From a bacterium (GTDB taxonomy: Bacteria > UBA8248): a stretch of 64,000 nt of DNA. This document shows, one piece after another, positions 28,693-39,737 of the stretch; position 1 is the first letter of the stretch; every line of letters begins with the position of its first letter. The DNA is taken from positions 1,632,001 through 1,696,000 of the forward strand of contig OY843592.1 in NCBI GenBank assembly GCA_963692865.2, read 5' to 3'. The notes under the pieces were generated by a model. That model worked only from the letters and a program-made list of their open reading frames with translations. It was not told where the DNA came from and did not search any database. Made by a program: the position numbers and the translations under genes.

Positions 28693-30981
28693 CTAACCGC
28701 CGCTCAGCATCGACGGCAGGCGGGATTTCGGGGGGCAATGCTCGGAGGGCTCCGTCCCCTCCACGAAGGCTTCCGTTATCGGTTCGCCCTCACACCAGGC
28801 GGAGGGCAGGTGGCCGGAGCGGGAATCCACGTTCACCAGGGCGACCCCCGGCGGCGGTTCGGGCGTGCGGACTTCGGTTTCCCCGCCTTCGAGCAGGCCT
28901 TTCATCACTTCGATCCAGATGGGCAGGGCCGCGCCTCCGCCCGAAGCCCGGTAGCCCATGTGCTTGTTGTCGTCGCGGCCCACCCAGACCCCCAGGACGA
29001 GGTCTTCGGAGAAGCCGATGAACCAGGCGTCGCGGTATTCGTTCGTCGTGCCCGTTTTCCCGGCCAGAAATGAGCCGATCTCCCCGGCTTTTTTGCCGGT
29101 TCCGCGCGTGACGACGCCGCGCAGCAGCATTTTCACCTGGTAGGCCGTCTCGGGCGCGATGGCGAGGTGCGTCGTGGGAATGTTTTCCTCCAGCACCCGG
29201 TTTCTCCCGTCGGTGACCTTCGTGATCTCGTAGGGCCGCGCGTATATGCCCCCCGAGGCGAACGGAATGTAGGAGGCCGTGAACTGGTACGGCGTCACCT
29301 CGATGGAGCCGAGCGCAAGCGAAAGATACGGGTTCATTTTCGTGCGGATGCCGAGCCGGTGCGCGAACGTAATCGCTTTTTCCGGCCCCATCTGGTCCAG
29401 CAGCTTGATGGTGGCCAGGTTGAGGGAAGACTCCAGTGCCCTTCTCATGGTGACGGGGCCGTAGAACTTGTTGGTGTAGTTTCTGGGTTTCCAGGCCCTC
29501 GGCGTGCCCGGCATCCGGCGGACGAAGGGGGTATCCATGAGAATGTGGACGGGCGTGTAGCCCTGAGACAGGGCTGTCCCCATGATGATGGGCTTGAATG
29601 CCGAACCCGGCTGGCGCCGCGCCTGCGTGGCGCGGTTGAACGGGAAGCGGCGGAAGTTGGTTCCGCCCGCCAGGGCGCGAAGCGCCCCGGTCCCGGCGTC
29701 GAACGCGATCACGGCGCCCTGCACGGTCTCCTGCCATTCCAGGAAGAGCTTTTTCGAGGCCCGATCCACCCTGATCACGCGCCCCAGGAGCAGGTCGCCT
29801 TCCCGGAGTCTTTGGGGGTCGATGCGTTCGGGAAGAAGCATCTCCGCCTCGTAGTCTCCGACGATTCCGCCAATCGTCTTCCCCGTGATGTCGAGAACGT
29901 GGAACTGGAACCCGTCCCCCAGGCGCGGCGGCCTCCGCATTTTTGTTCCGGGAAGCATGAACCTGCGTCTTTCGTTTATTTTCCCGATGCCGTCGATGAG
30001 CGCCCGGTGAGCGATTTTCTGCAAGTCGATATCGACGGTCGTATGAATTTGAAGGCCGCTCTTGTAAAGGGATCGTCCGAACCTGCGGCTGAGGTCGAGG
30101 CGGGTTTTTTCGATGAAGTAGGCGGCTTCCGGTACGATACTGGCCGTCTTGGGGGCCAGTCGGATCGGCTCTTCGCGAGCGGTTTTCTCCTGCTCCCCGG
30201 TAATGAACCCCGAAGCCCGCATTCTTTTGATGACCAGGTTTCGCCGGTTCATCGCGCTGTCGGGATTTATCCTGGGGTTGAACCGCGTCGGGGCCTTGGG
30301 CAGTCCCGCAATCATGGCGGATTCGGCCAGGGTGAGTTGGGCGGCCGTTTTCCCGAAATAGATCCGGGCCGCCGCCTGCACCCCGTACGCCCCGCTGCCG
30401 AGATATATCTGATTCAGATAGAATTCGAGTATCTCGTCTTTCGTGAAGCGCCGCTCGATCTCGAGGGCGAGAAACGCTTCCCGGATTTTGCGCTTGAGTT
30501 TCCTCTCGGGCGTCAAAAAGAGGACTTTCGCCAGTTGCTGGGTGATGGTGCTGCCCCCCTGCACGAATTGGCCCGCCCGCAGGTTCTTGATGAACGCCCG
30601 GGCGATATCCGGATAGCTCACGCCCGGGTGGTCGTAGAATCGGCTGTCTTCTATGGCGAGAAACGCTTGCTGCAGCGTGGCGGGGATTTGTTTCAGGGGT
30701 ATGGGGCTTCTTCTTTCCTGGTACAATTCGGCGAGGAGTTCGCCCCCCCGGGCGTAGATGCGCGTGATGGAGTTGGGTTTGTAGTTTTGGAGCCGCTCGA
30801 GCTCGGGAAAATCGTATAGATAACCGAGGCTCGCGCCGACACCCAGTCCGCAGACAACGGCCAGGGCGCCCAGCGTGAGAAGGACTGTTTTTCCATGTCC
30901 GGAACGGGGCAGCAACGGAGCGACCCTCTCGGGGAGACGGATTTTCGAGGCGTTCCTCCGCGTCCGGCGGAGACGCTTCAT
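28693..30981 (-). CDS. mrcA: Class A penicillin-binding protein 1A
   Basis: Transglycosylase motifs EDSRFYDHPG, GGSTITQQLAK, RKIRE; transpeptidase motifs SAFK, SLN, KTG. Start MKRLRR assumed. Confidence 0.9.
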   Translation of the reverse strand: MKRLRRTRRNASKIRLPERVAPLLPRSGHGKTVLLTLGALAVVCGLGVGASLGYLYDFPELERLQNYKPNSITRIYARGGELLAELYQERRSPIPLKQIPATLQQAFLAIEDSRFYDHPGVSYPDIARAFIKNLRAGQFVQGGSTITQQLAKVLFLTPERKLKRKIREAFLALEIERRFTKDEILEFYLNQIYLGSGAYGVQAAARIYFGKTAAQLTLAESAMIAGLPKAPTRFNPRINPDSAMNRRNLVIKRMRASGFITGEQEKTAREEPIRLAPKTASIVPEAAYFIEKTRLDLSRRFGRSLYKSGLQIHTTVDIDLQKIAHRALIDGIGKINERRRFMLPGTKMRRPPRLGDGFQFHVLDITGKTIGGIVGDYEAEMLLPERIDPQRLREGDLLLGRVIRVDRASKKLFLEWQETVQGAVIAFDAGTGALRALAGGTNFRRFPFNRATQARRQPGSAFKPIIMGTALSQGYTPVHILMDTPFVRRMPGTPRAWKPRNYTNKFYGPVTMRRALESSLNLATIKLLDQMGPEKAITFAHRLGIRTKMNPYLSLALGSIEVTPYQFTASYIPFASGGIYARPYEITKVTDGRNRVLEENIPTTHLAIAPETAYQVKMLLRGVVTRGTGKKAGEIGSFLAGKTGTTNEYRDAWFIGFSEDLVLGVWVGRDDNKHMGYRASGGGAALPIWIEVMKGLLEGGETEVRTPEPPPGVALVNVDSRSGHLPSAWCEGEPITEAFVEGTEPSEHCPPKSRLPSMLSGG

Positions 30982-31363
30982 TATAAATTCGCGGCGTCGT
31001 TTCCGCAATATCCGAAAAATCCGGATGGCGTCTCGGTTGAATGCAAAGGGGGGTTCCTCGCCTTGCCCGGCGGCACCGTGCCTCACGTCGCCAGGCCAAG
31101 CCATGATTCGGCTCGCTCGTATCGCTGTTCGTTCGGCTCGGCTATAGGATTTATTCCACCGCGCCGCCACTCCGTTTTGCGCGATTTCTTTCCGGCGTTC
31201 GGATGACGGCCTGCTCGTCCGCGCCTTGCCGCCCCTTCCGGGTGATTATCCGGTTTTGGGTTTGGAATTCGGTGACTTCACCCGTTGCGATCTTCGCCGC
31301 CTTGACGGGGCAACTTATCGCGTCCCCGGGTCATTCCCGTCCATCGGGTTCGCTCATGGCCTT

Positions 31364-31684
31364 TTACCCGCTGGTTCGCTCGATGAGGGCCTTCTGCCCT
31401 TCGATGAGAACCCCGAGCGCGGATGTGCTTTCCCTGAGCGCGGATGTGCCTTCCCTCTGCCCTTCGATGAGAACCCTGAGCGCGGACGTGCTTTCCTTGT
31501 GCCCTTCGATGAGAGCATCGAGCGCAACTCTGCTGTTCCTGATCTCTTCCATGTTCTCTTCGTGGCGCCGAATGCTTTCTTGCTCTCGGCGCTCCGTTCC
31601 TTTTCTCATGGAGTGAATGCCGTAAAATATCAGTCCGAGACCGACGTATTGCCCAAAGATGCTGAGCATTTCATAGGAGGTCAT
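31364..31684 (-). CDS. Small TM + coiled-coil protein with expanded heptad repeats (106 aa), paralogue A
   Basis: AAAGGAG RBS; MTSYEMLSIFGQYVGLGLIFYGI...; clear paralogy to 31993-32208. Confidence 0.75.
   Translation of the reverse strand: MTSYEMLSIFGQYVGLGLIFYGIHSMRKGTERREQESIRRHEENMEEIRNSRVALDALIEGHKESTSALRVLIEGQREGTSALRESTSALGVLIEGQKALIERTSG
31372..31525 (-). repeat. Intragenic 21/42-bp tandem repeats encoding ALxxLIEGxxExTS units
   Basis: gcccttcgatgaga occurs three times and gagcgcgga(t/c)gtgc three times. Confidence 0.85.
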
Positions 31685-31992
31685 GGCGTCTCCTTTCCGT
31701 AGGCGGCTCCCATTCTCCGCCAAAGTCTCGGGAAGCGTCAAGACGCTTTTTGAGCGCCTGCCTTGATCCGAGTTGTAATTCTCCCAATTTCATCATTCGT
31801 GCCGGGAACCCGCCTTGTCTGTCGGGGCTCTCACTGAATACAACAGCCTTACGCTATGGGACTGTTGTTCGAGACCGAGCGGATGGGAGATCGCGAGGTG
31901 GCGCCTCTTCAACAAGACATGCGCCAACGACCTGAAAACACTCGGGAGGCGACTCGTGATGAGAGGGCCGAATACATATACGAATAAGGCGT

Positions 31993-32208
31993 ATGACACC
32001 GTATGAAACCTGCAGCCTCATCGAGCGGTATATTGGCCTTGGGTTGATATTCTGCGGGATCGGGGCGATGCGGAAAGGAACAGATGCGAGAGCGGCTGAT
32101 TCCGAGCGCAGGCATGAACAGAACATGCGAAAACTCGATGAGAGCATAGAGGGGATGAGAGCCCTCATCGAAGGGCAAAAGGTTCTCATCGAGCGCACCG
32201 GCGGCTGA
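31993..32208 (+). CDS. Small TM + coiled-coil protein (71 aa), paralogue B
   Basis: MTPYETCSLIERYIGLGLIFCGIGAMRKGT...RRHEQNM...ALIEGQKVLIERTGG. Confidence 0.75.
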   Translation: MTPYETCSLIERYIGLGLIFCGIGAMRKGTDARAADSERRHEQNMRKLDESIEGMRALIEGQKVLIERTGG

Positions 32209-32209
32209 T

Positions 32210-32230
32210 ACCGGAATTTGCCGGTTTTTT
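32210..32230 (+). terminator. Putative intrinsic terminator after paralogue B
   Basis: accgg/ccggt stem followed by a T tract. Confidence 0.5.
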
Positions 32231-32292
32231 ATGCCCTCCCCTTGCGCCACCCCCATATTCAAACCGGGACGCCGCCAAAATCCGTTTGCTCG

Positions 32293-32321
32293 TTGACAAC
32301 AGGGAGCGAGGCCGACATAAA
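32293..32321 (+). promoter_or_regulatory. Putative sigma70 promoter for the HNH gene
   Basis: TTGACA-17 bp-CATAAA. Confidence 0.45.
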
Positions 32322-32379
32322 GGGATACGGAAACATGATTGGTATCCCGTCGCCCATCTGTATCGAGGGAGCGCATAGG

Positions 32380-32907
32380 GTGATCGAGCAATCACGCGTT
32401 CTGGTGCTCAATCAAACGTATGAGCCGATAAACGTCTGCAACGCGCGCCGCGCGATTCGCATGATGATCAACGGAAAAGCCGATACCGTCGAGACGAACG
32501 GTTTGCTCGTCCGCAGCGAAGCGATGGAGTTTCACCTGCCCGCCGTCATACGGTTGAGAACGTACGTTTACGTTCCGCGCCGGAGCCGGATTCCGTTCAG
32601 CAAAAAGAACGTGATGCGCCGCGACGAGAATACATGTCAGTATTGCGGGGTGAAAGGCGGATATTTGACGGTGGATCACGTGGTGCCGCGCTCCCGCGGC
32701 GGCCGCTCCACCTGGGAGAACGTGGTTTGCAGCTGCCGGAGATGCAACGCGAAAAAAGGAGACCGCACGCCTGAGGAGGCGGGCTTGAAGTTGAAGGCGC
32801 ACCCCGAGAAGCCGAGATCGTTCATATTGCACCACTTGAGCCATCGTTTCCCTGCCTCCGCGCAGCACGTGTGGGAAAAATACCTCCACCCCGCTCGATT
32901 CGCTTGA
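32380..32907 (+). CDS. HNH endonuclease (McrA-like, VLVLN-type stand-alone family)
   Basis: RVLVLNQTYEP, RDENTCQYCG, TVDHVVPRSRGG, WENVVCSCRRCNAKKG; GTG start after GAGGGAG. Confidence 0.9.
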   Translation: MIEQSRVLVLNQTYEPINVCNARRAIRMMINGKADTVETNGLLVRSEAMEFHLPAVIRLRTYVYVPRRSRIPFSKKNVMRRDENTCQYCGVKGGYLTVDHVVPRSRGGRSTWENVVCSCRRCNAKKGDRTPEEAGLKLKAHPEKPRSFILHHLSHRFPASAQHVWEKYLHPARFA

Positions 32908-32996
32908 CGCCCAAGGTTTATCAGCCTTCCTTTATCCGCTAAACTTTCATCCGCTCGATTTTTCGAGTCGCCTGAGTCGGAGGCTGAGGACCCTTC

Positions 32997-35006
32997 ATGA
33001 GCAGCTTCGAGCTCCATTCGAATTTCTCGCCCACGGGCGATCAGCCCGAGGCGATAGACGCCATCGTCCGGCAGTTCGAAGAGGGCCAGAACCACCAGGT
33101 TCTCCTGGGCGTCACCGGTTCCGGCAAGACGTTCACGGTGGCGAACGTCATCGCGAAGATGGGAAAGCCCACGCTCGTCATCGCCCACAACAAAACCCTG
33201 GCCGCGCAGCTTTATAACGAATTCAAGGGGTTTTTCCCCAACAACGCGGTGGAGTATTTCGTCAGCTATTACGACTACTACCAGCCCGAAGCCTACGTCC
33301 CCACCACGGATACGTTCATCGAAAAAGACGCCTCCATCAACGACGAACTCGACTGCCTGCGCCACGCGGCCACGCGCTCCGCTCTGATGCGCGAAGACGT
33401 CATCGTGGTGGCGAGCGTGAGCTCCATCTACGGTCTGGGTTCGCCGGCCGATTATTTCGACCTGCACATCGATATTTCCGTCGGCATGGAGATGGACCGC
33501 GAGGAGTTGCTCACGCAACTGGTGAGGATTCAGTACCGGCGCTCGGACGCGGCCTTGCGCCGCGCCTCTTTCCGCGCGCGGGGGGACGTCGTCGAAATCC
33601 TGCCCGCCCACGAGGAAGAACAGGCGATTCGCGTCGAATTCTTCGGAGATGAAATCGACTCCATCACGGAAATCGAGCCGATGCGGGGCGTCGTTTTACG
33701 GAAACTCGACCGGGTGGAGATTTACCCCAACAGCCACTACATCACGCCCGAGGAGAGGCTCTCGACCGCCATCGAGGCCATTCAGAAGGAATTGTGGGAG
33801 CACGTGGCGGAGCTCAATGCGCAAGGCAAATCTTATGAAGCGCAGCGCCTGCAGCAGCGGACCTTGCAGGACATCGAGATGCTCAGGGAAGTGGGCTACT
33901 GCCATGGGGTGGAGAACTACAGCCTGCACCTGGACGGGCGCTTGACGGGCGAGCCGCCCGCGACCCTGTTTTCATATTTCTCGCGCGATCATCTGGTGGT
34001 GATAGACGAGAGCCATCAGAGCATCCCCCAGATCAGGGGCATGTACCGGGGAGACCGCTCGCGCAAGGAAACCCTGGTGTCCTACGGCTTCCGGCTGCCC
34101 TCGGCCCTGGATAACCGCCCGCTCGAGATGAGCGAGTTCGAGGCGAATCTCAAGAACACGATCTACGTTTCGGCGACGCCCGGCCCCTACGAACTGGAGA
34201 AGAGCGAAGGCGTCGTCGTGGAGCAGTTGTTGAGGCCCACCGGCCTGGTCGATCCACCGGTGGAGGTCCGGCCGGTGCAGGGGCAGGTGGACGATCTGCT
34301 GGCCGAGGTGCGCCGAGTGGCGGCGATGGGAGACCGCGCCCTCGTCACCACCCTGACGAAAAGATTCGCCGAGGATCTGACGGAATACTATGAGGATTTG
34401 GGGGTCCGGGTACGTTACATGCACAGCGACATCGACGCGCTCGAGCGCGTGCGGATCATCCGCGACCTGCGTTCGGGCGTTTTCGACGTTCTGATCGGCA
34501 TCAACCTGTTGCGCGAGGGACTGGATTTGCCCGAAGTCGCTCTCGTGGCCATATTCGATGCGGACAAGGAAGGTTTCCTGCGATCGGAGACTTCGCTCAT
34601 CCAGACCTCGGGCCGCGCGGCGAGGCACTTGAGCGGCCGGGTCATCATGTATGCGGATCGCATTACCGACAGCATGCGCCGCGCGCTGGATGAGATGGAC
34701 AGAAGAAGGAGCATCCAGCTCGCCTACAACGAGGCGAACGGGGTTGTGCCCCGCTCCATCAGCCGCAGGATGGACGAGCTTCTGGAAGCCTCCGCCGTGC
34801 CGGGTGACGGCGACGCCTTCCCGTGGGAAGAGGCGGACGAGCCGGAATTTTCCGAGATGGACGCGGCGGCGCTGGATGCGCTTCGCGCCCGGATGCACGA
34901 GGCGGCCCAGAAGCTCGAATTCGAGCGGGCCGCCGGGATTCGCGACAAGATACTCGCCATCGAGCGCCGCCAGCTCGGCCTCAAGCCCTCCAGAATCGCG
35001 ACATGA
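32997..35006 (+). CDS. uvrB: Excinuclease ABC subunit B
   Basis: [28 protein letters not shown]-terminal UVR domain. Confidence 0.97.
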   Translation: MSSFELHSNFSPTGDQPEAIDAIVRQFEEGQNHQVLLGVTGSGKTFTVANVIAKMGKPTLVIAHNKTLAAQLYNEFKGFFPNNAVEYFVSYYDYYQPEAYVPTTDTFIEKDASINDELDCLRHAATRSALMREDVIVVASVSSIYGLGSPADYFDLHIDISVGMEMDREELLTQLVRIQYRRSDAALRRASFRARGDVVEILPAHEEEQAIRVEFFGDEIDSITEIEPMRGVVLRKLDRVEIYPNSHYITPEERLSTAIEAIQKELWEHVAELNAQGKSYEAQRLQQRTLQDIEMLREVGYCHGVENYSLHLDGRLTGEPPATLFSYFSRDHLVVIDESHQSIPQIRGMYRGDRSRKETLVSYGFRLPSALDNRPLEMSEFEANLKNTIYVSATPGPYELEKSEGVVVEQLLRPTGLVDPPVEVRPVQGQVDDLLAEVRRVAAMGDRALVTTLTKRFAEDLTEYYEDLGVRVRYMHSDIDALERVRIIRDLRSGVFDVLIGINLLREGLDLPEVALVAIFDADKEGFLRSETSLIQTSGRAARHLSGRVIMYADRITDSMRRALDEMDRRRSIQLAYNEANGVVPRSISRRMDELLEASAVPGDGDAFPWEEADEPEFSEMDAAALDALRARMHEAAQKLEFERAAGIRDKILAIERRQLGLKPSRIAT

Positions 35007-36916
35007 GTGATTCCGCGCTCTCCCCCAGTTCGATTTCCGTGGGCGAGGACCGCTCGGGGCTGAAGTCCTTGCCCGAAAAACCGGGGATATACATTTTCAG
35101 GAACCGGACGGGGGACGTGCTCTACGTCGGCAAGGCCTTGCGTCTGAGGAGCCGGGTGCGCAGTTATTTCGCGAAAAGGGCCGGCCGGGGCCCCTGGATT
35201 CAGAAAATGGTGGAGGAATCCTCCACCATAGAGCACATCGTGACGGCCAATGAGATCGAGGCGCTCATCCTGGAGAGCAATTACGTCAAGAAGCACAAGC
35301 CGCGCCACAACGTGCTTTTGCGCGACGACAAGCATTTCCCCTACATGAAGCTGAGTACGAGCGAGGACTACCCGCGCCTGAGCATCGTCCGCCGCCCCGC
35401 GGGCGACGGCGATTCCTATCTCGGGCCCTTCCCCTCGGCGAGCAGCCTCAGGCGCACGATTCGCTTCTTGCAGAAGACGTTCCACATCAGGCCCTGCACG
35501 GGCGGTCTGGAGGACAAGACGGCGAAGCGGTGCATCTATTTTCAGATGGGCCAGTGCCTGGGGCCTTGCGACGATCTGCAAAGCGAAGAGGCGTACAGGG
35601 GAGGCGTCGACGACGCGCTCGATTTCCTGAAAGGGAAGAACCGGGAGCTGGTTCGAAGGCTCAAGAAGCAGATGCAGGAACACTCGGAGGAGTTGCAGTA
35701 CGAATCCGCCGCCAAGGTGCGGGATCAGATTCGGGGCATCGAGCACGTCACCGAGCGGCAGACCATGCTGTCGGTGAAGGGGGGCGATCAGGACGTGCTC
35801 GGCTGCCACCGGGAGGGAGAGAAAGCGGCGTTCCGCCTGTTTTTCATCCGGGGCGGCAGGTTGCTGGGAGACCAGGGGTTCCACGTGGCCGCCCGCGAGG
35901 GCGTTCCCGACGGGGAAGTCGTCTCCGCGTTCGTGAAGCAGTATTACGCCGGGAAGACGTTTTACCCCGATGAAGTGCTCCTGCCCTCCCCCGTGGACGA
36001 CGCTGCGCTCATCGGAGAGTGGCTGTCCGGGAAACGCGGCAAAAGGGTGTCCGTTTTTCATCCCCGCCGTGGAAACAAGCGCCGGCTGGTCGAGATGGCG
36101 AGCGAGAACGCATCGCACGCCCAGGAGCGGGAAAACGCCCAGCTCAGCAAGGAGCAGCGAACGCTCGAGGAAATTCGCCAGGCGCTGGGGCTCGAGGAAC
36201 TGCCGGTGCGCATCGAGGCGTTCGACGTATCGAATCTGCAGGGAAGCAACATCGTCGGCGCCAGCGTCATGTTCCAGGACGGGCGCCCGCTGAAGGACGG
36301 CTACCGCCGCTACAAGGTGAGGAGCGTGGGGGAATCGCCGGATGATTATTCCTCCATGCGCGAGATCGTTTTCAGGCGTTTGGAGCGTCTGGTGAACGAG
36401 GGAGGCGAGATGCCCGATCTTCTGCTGATCGACGGAGGGAAGGGGCAACTCTCCTCGGCCGCCTCGGCGCTCGAGGAACTCGGGCTTGCGGACGTGGCGC
36501 TGTGCGCGATCTCGAAGGGCAGGAGTTCCGACAACCCCGAAGCCCACGACGTGGTTTTCCTGCCCGGACGCCCCGACCCCGTTCGGCTCGCCGAAGGCGG
36601 CGCGCCGAAGCTCCTGCTCCAGAAAATCCGCGACGAGGCGCACCGGTTCGTCCTGACGTTCCACCGGACGCGCCGCAGGCGCACCGGAATCAAGAGCGGC
36701 CTCGACGACGTGCCCGGCCTGGGCCCCAAGCGCAGGCGCGCGCTCTTGCGGACCTTCGGGAGCCTGCGGGGCGTCCTGGAGGCGAGCGATTCAAAGCTCC
36801 TGGAAGTAGAGGGCATCACGCCGAAACTCGTCGCCGCCCTGAGGGAAAAACTCGGCGGCGGGGGCGCACTCGTCGAGGGAGCCGGGGAGGGCGCTTCCCG
36901 GAGGAGCGAACCTTGA
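35003..36916 (+). CDS. uvrC: Excinuclease ABC subunit C
   Basis: GIY-YIG (PGIYIF...YVGKA), Cys cluster, [16 protein letters not shown], HhH; ATGA overlap with uvrB. Confidence 0.96.
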   Translation: MSDSALSPSSISVGEDRSGLKSLPEKPGIYIFRNRTGDVLYVGKALRLRSRVRSYFAKRAGRGPWIQKMVEESSTIEHIVTANEIEALILESNYVKKHKPRHNVLLRDDKHFPYMKLSTSEDYPRLSIVRRPAGDGDSYLGPFPSASSLRRTIRFLQKTFHIRPCTGGLEDKTAKRCIYFQMGQCLGPCDDLQSEEAYRGGVDDALDFLKGKNRELVRRLKKQMQEHSEELQYESAAKVRDQIRGIEHVTERQTMLSVKGGDQDVLGCHREGEKAAFRLFFIRGGRLLGDQGFHVAAREGVPDGEVVSAFVKQYYAGKTFYPDEVLLPSPVDDAALIGEWLSGKRGKRVSVFHPRRGNKRRLVEMASENASHAQERENAQLSKEQRTLEEIRQALGLEELPVRIEAFDVSNLQGSNIVGASVMFQDGRPLKDGYRRYKVRSVGESPDDYSSMREIVFRRLERLVNEGGEMPDLLLIDGGKGQLSSAASALEELGLADVALCAISKGRSSDNPEAHDVVFLPGRPDPVRLAEGGAPKLLLQKIRDEAHRFVLTFHRTRRRRTGIKSGLDDVPGLGPKRRRALLRTFGSLRGVLEASDSKLLEVEGITPKLVAALREKLGGGGALVEGAGEGASRRSEP

Positions 36917-38460
36917 AGGCGAAGGACATCGGCTATTCCATATTCTCGGGCCTTTTGCTGGCGTCCTTGTTCCCGCCGTTTCAGTTCGAGGTTTTGGCCT
37001 GGATCGCGCTCGTTCCCCTTTTGTGGGTGCTCGAGGGCAAAAAACCGAACGAAGCGTTCGCGCTGGGCCTGGTGAGCGGCCTGGTTTCTTTCGGGATCAT
37101 CATCTGGTGGGTGAAAATTTCCATGGCCACCTACGGGGGGCTGTCGGCGGCGCTCGCGTGGCTGATCACCGCCGTCCTGGCGCTTTATCTGTCGCTCTAC
37201 CCGGCGCTGTTCGCGTTTTTGATGGTGCGGTTGCACGCGGGCGGCACTTTTCTCACCTTTTTCATGGCGGCGCCCCTGTGGGTCTCGCTGGAGCTTTTGC
37301 GCGCCTATTTTTTGTCCGGCTTCCCGTGGGCGCTGCTGGGCTACAGCCAGTACCGCCATTTGCACGTCATTCAGATCGCCGATCTGGCGGGCGTATACGG
37401 CGTGTCGTTCTTCATCGTGTTCGTCAACGCGGCGATCTGGCATTTCTTCCGCTTTCCGCGCAAGGCGCCCTTTGCGGTCGCTCTGGGCGTTTCGCTCTCG
37501 GCGGCGCTCGTGTGGGGCTATGGTTACCTGCGGCTTCACGAGGTGCCCATCGAGACGGCAGGCGCGGCGCGCGCGGTCGGCATCGTTCAGGGCAACGTCG
37601 ATCAGTCCGTGAAGTGGGCGCCCCGGTGGCAAAAACGCATCATCGCGAAGATGGGGAAGCTGACGAGGGAGTTGAGGGGCCGTTTCCCCGCGGACGGCGC
37701 GGCTCCTCCCCCCCTCATCGTCTGGCCGGAAGCGGCGGCTCCTCTTGTTTACCAGCGAAGCGCGGAGGGAAGAAGGCGTCTCCGTGAACTTGCCGGAGAC
37801 GCGAACTCCCACCTGCTGTTCGGCGTCCTCGCGGAGCGGGACGTGAAGGGAGGCCCCAGGTTGACGAATTCGGCGTATCTCATCGGCCCGGACGGCGGGG
37901 AAATCGGCCGATACGACAAGATGCACCTGCTGCCCTTCGGGGAATACGTTCCGCTCGGCAGGTTGTTGTTCTTCGTGAAAAAACTCGTGCCCGTCATCGG
38001 CGCGTTCAGAGCCGGGGAGAAACCCGAGGTGTTCGACGCCGCCGGCGGAAAGTTCGGCGTCCTGATCTGTTTCGAGGTGATTTTTCCGCGTGTGGCGCGG
38101 CGTTTGAAGGACGCGCAGTTTCTCGTCAACATCACGAACGACGCATGGTTCGGCGAGACGGCGGCTTCCGAGCAGCATTTGTCGATGGTGGCGTTCCGGG
38201 CGGTGGAGTTGCGTATGCCGATCGTCCGTTCGGCCAACACGGGAATCAGCGCGCTCATCGAGCCCACCGGAGCGATTCGGATACGAAGTCCTCTTTTCGA
38301 GGAGTGGATACACGCCGATGTCATTTCCCTGAAAAAAGACGCTCCCGGCGTTTACGCCAGGGTGGGGGATGTGTTTGCATACGCCTGCGTTTTCGTTTCC
38401 CTGGCGGCGGTTTTATTGTTCCGCTCCAGGCGGGGCTCTCGAATGTGGTATGATAGCTAG
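36913..38460 (+). CDS. lnt: Apolipoprotein N-acyltransferase
   Basis: Multiple TMs, GFPW, WPEAA, YDKMHLLPFGEY, ICFE, TNDAWFG; TTG start overlaps the uvrC stop. Confidence 0.95.
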   Translation: MKAKDIGYSIFSGLLLASLFPPFQFEVLAWIALVPLLWVLEGKKPNEAFALGLVSGLVSFGIIIWWVKISMATYGGLSAALAWLITAVLALYLSLYPALFAFLMVRLHAGGTFLTFFMAAPLWVSLELLRAYFLSGFPWALLGYSQYRHLHVIQIADLAGVYGVSFFIVFVNAAIWHFFRFPRKAPFAVALGVSLSAALVWGYGYLRLHEVPIETAGAARAVGIVQGNVDQSVKWAPRWQKRIIAKMGKLTRELRGRFPADGAAPPPLIVWPEAAAPLVYQRSAEGRRRLRELAGDANSHLLFGVLAERDVKGGPRLTNSAYLIGPDGGEIGRYDKMHLLPFGEYVPLGRLLFFVKKLVPVIGAFRAGEKPEVFDAAGGKFGVLICFEVIFPRVARRLKDAQFLVNITNDAWFGETAASEQHLSMVAFRAVELRMPIVRSANTGISALIEPTGAIRIRSPLFEEWIHADVISLKKDAPGVYARVGDVFAYACVFVSLAAVLLFRSRRGSRMWYDS

Positions 38461-38525
38461 GGTCGTCCGGGTGGACTCCGCGCCGAGGGGCCGTGGAGTC
38501 GTATTTCGAAAGATGGGAGATGTCG

Positions 38526-39648
38526 ATGGAAGAGTTATGCAGGAAATGCGAGCAACTGGAGGCGCGCCTCCTTGAACTGCGAGGGCGGCTTTGACCTCGA
38601 CCGATTGCAGGCGGAGCGCGCCAGACTCGATAAACTCGCCGGAGAAGCGGATTTCTGGAACGACGCCGAAGCCGCTCAGAACGCGCTGAGGCAGCGCGCT
38701 TCTCATGAGAAAACGATACGCAACTGGGAGAACCTGAGCGGGAGGCTCAAGGAACAGATAGAACTTCTCCAGCTTCTCGAAACGGAAGAAACGTCCGAAT
38801 CGGAATTCCTGAGCGATATCGAAAATACCGTTTCCTCTCTCCTCGAGGAGGTCGCGCGTCTGGAGTTCGAGTTGGCCATGGATTCCGAGGAAGACAGGGC
38901 AGGCGCCATTCTCTCCGTGAACGCGGGGGCGGGCGGCGTCGAAAGCCAGGACTGGGCCGAAATGCTCTTTCGCATGTATGCGAGATGGTCGGAGGAGAAG
39001 GGGTATCGGGCGCGTCTCGTCTCCATACTCGGCGGGGAGGAGGCCGGCATCAAGAACGCCACCCTCATCGTTCAGGGGGAGTATGCCTACGGATATCTTC
39101 GGGCGGAAGTCGGCGTGCATCGCCTGGTAAGGATTTCTCCCTTCGACGCCAGCTCGAAGAGGCATACCTCGTTCGCTTCCGTGGACGTCGTCCCGGAAGT
39201 GTCCGATGACGTGGAAATCGAGATCGACGAGAACGACTTGAGGATTGACGTGTTCAGGAGTTCGGGCGCCGGCGGACAGCACGTGAACACCACGGATTCC
39301 GCTGTGCGGATTACGCACCTGCCCACGGGCATCGTGGTCTCGTGTCAAAACGAGAGGAGCCAGCACAAAAACCGCGCCACGGCCATGAAGCTGCTGCGCG
39401 GGCAGTTGTACGAAATGGAGAAGCGGAGGCGCGACGAGGAAAAAGAAGCGCAGCACGCCATGAAGAAGACCATCGGGTTCGGGAGCCAGATTCGTTCCTA
39501 CATCCTGCACCCGTACCGGATGGTGAAGGATCATCGAACCGACGTGGAGCGCTCGGACGTGAACGCCGTGCTGGACGGGAGTATCGACGCCTTCATCGAC
39601 GCCTACCTCCTTTCGCTGATACAGGAGAAGGCCAATGCGCGCGCCTAG
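38526..39648 (+). CDS. prfB: Peptide chain release factor 2 with programmed +1 frameshift
   Basis: ORF1 MEELCRKCEQLEARLLELRGRL ends at CTT TGA C (38589-38595) with internal SD GAGGG. The +1 frame continues DLDRL and carries the SPF and GGQ motifs. Confidence 0.95.
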
Positions 39649-39737
39649 CCGCCGGCGTATGAACCGGGTGGCGGCGAGCGGGGGAATCGCGGTTTCCGCC
39701 GGATGCGGAAGGAAAAGGGTACGGGAGGAGCGCCTCA

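Noticed and set aside
31364-32208. Invertible phase-variation switch between the inverted paralogues
   Set aside because: DNA identity is patchy, with no long perfect inverted repeat and no recombinase nearby.
32380-32907. HNH as an IscB/Cas9-like RNA-guided nuclease using the upstream hairpins
   Set aside because: Only 175 aa, with no RuvC, PLMP or bridge helix. It matches a common stand-alone HNH family and is separated from the hairpins by a gene and a terminator.
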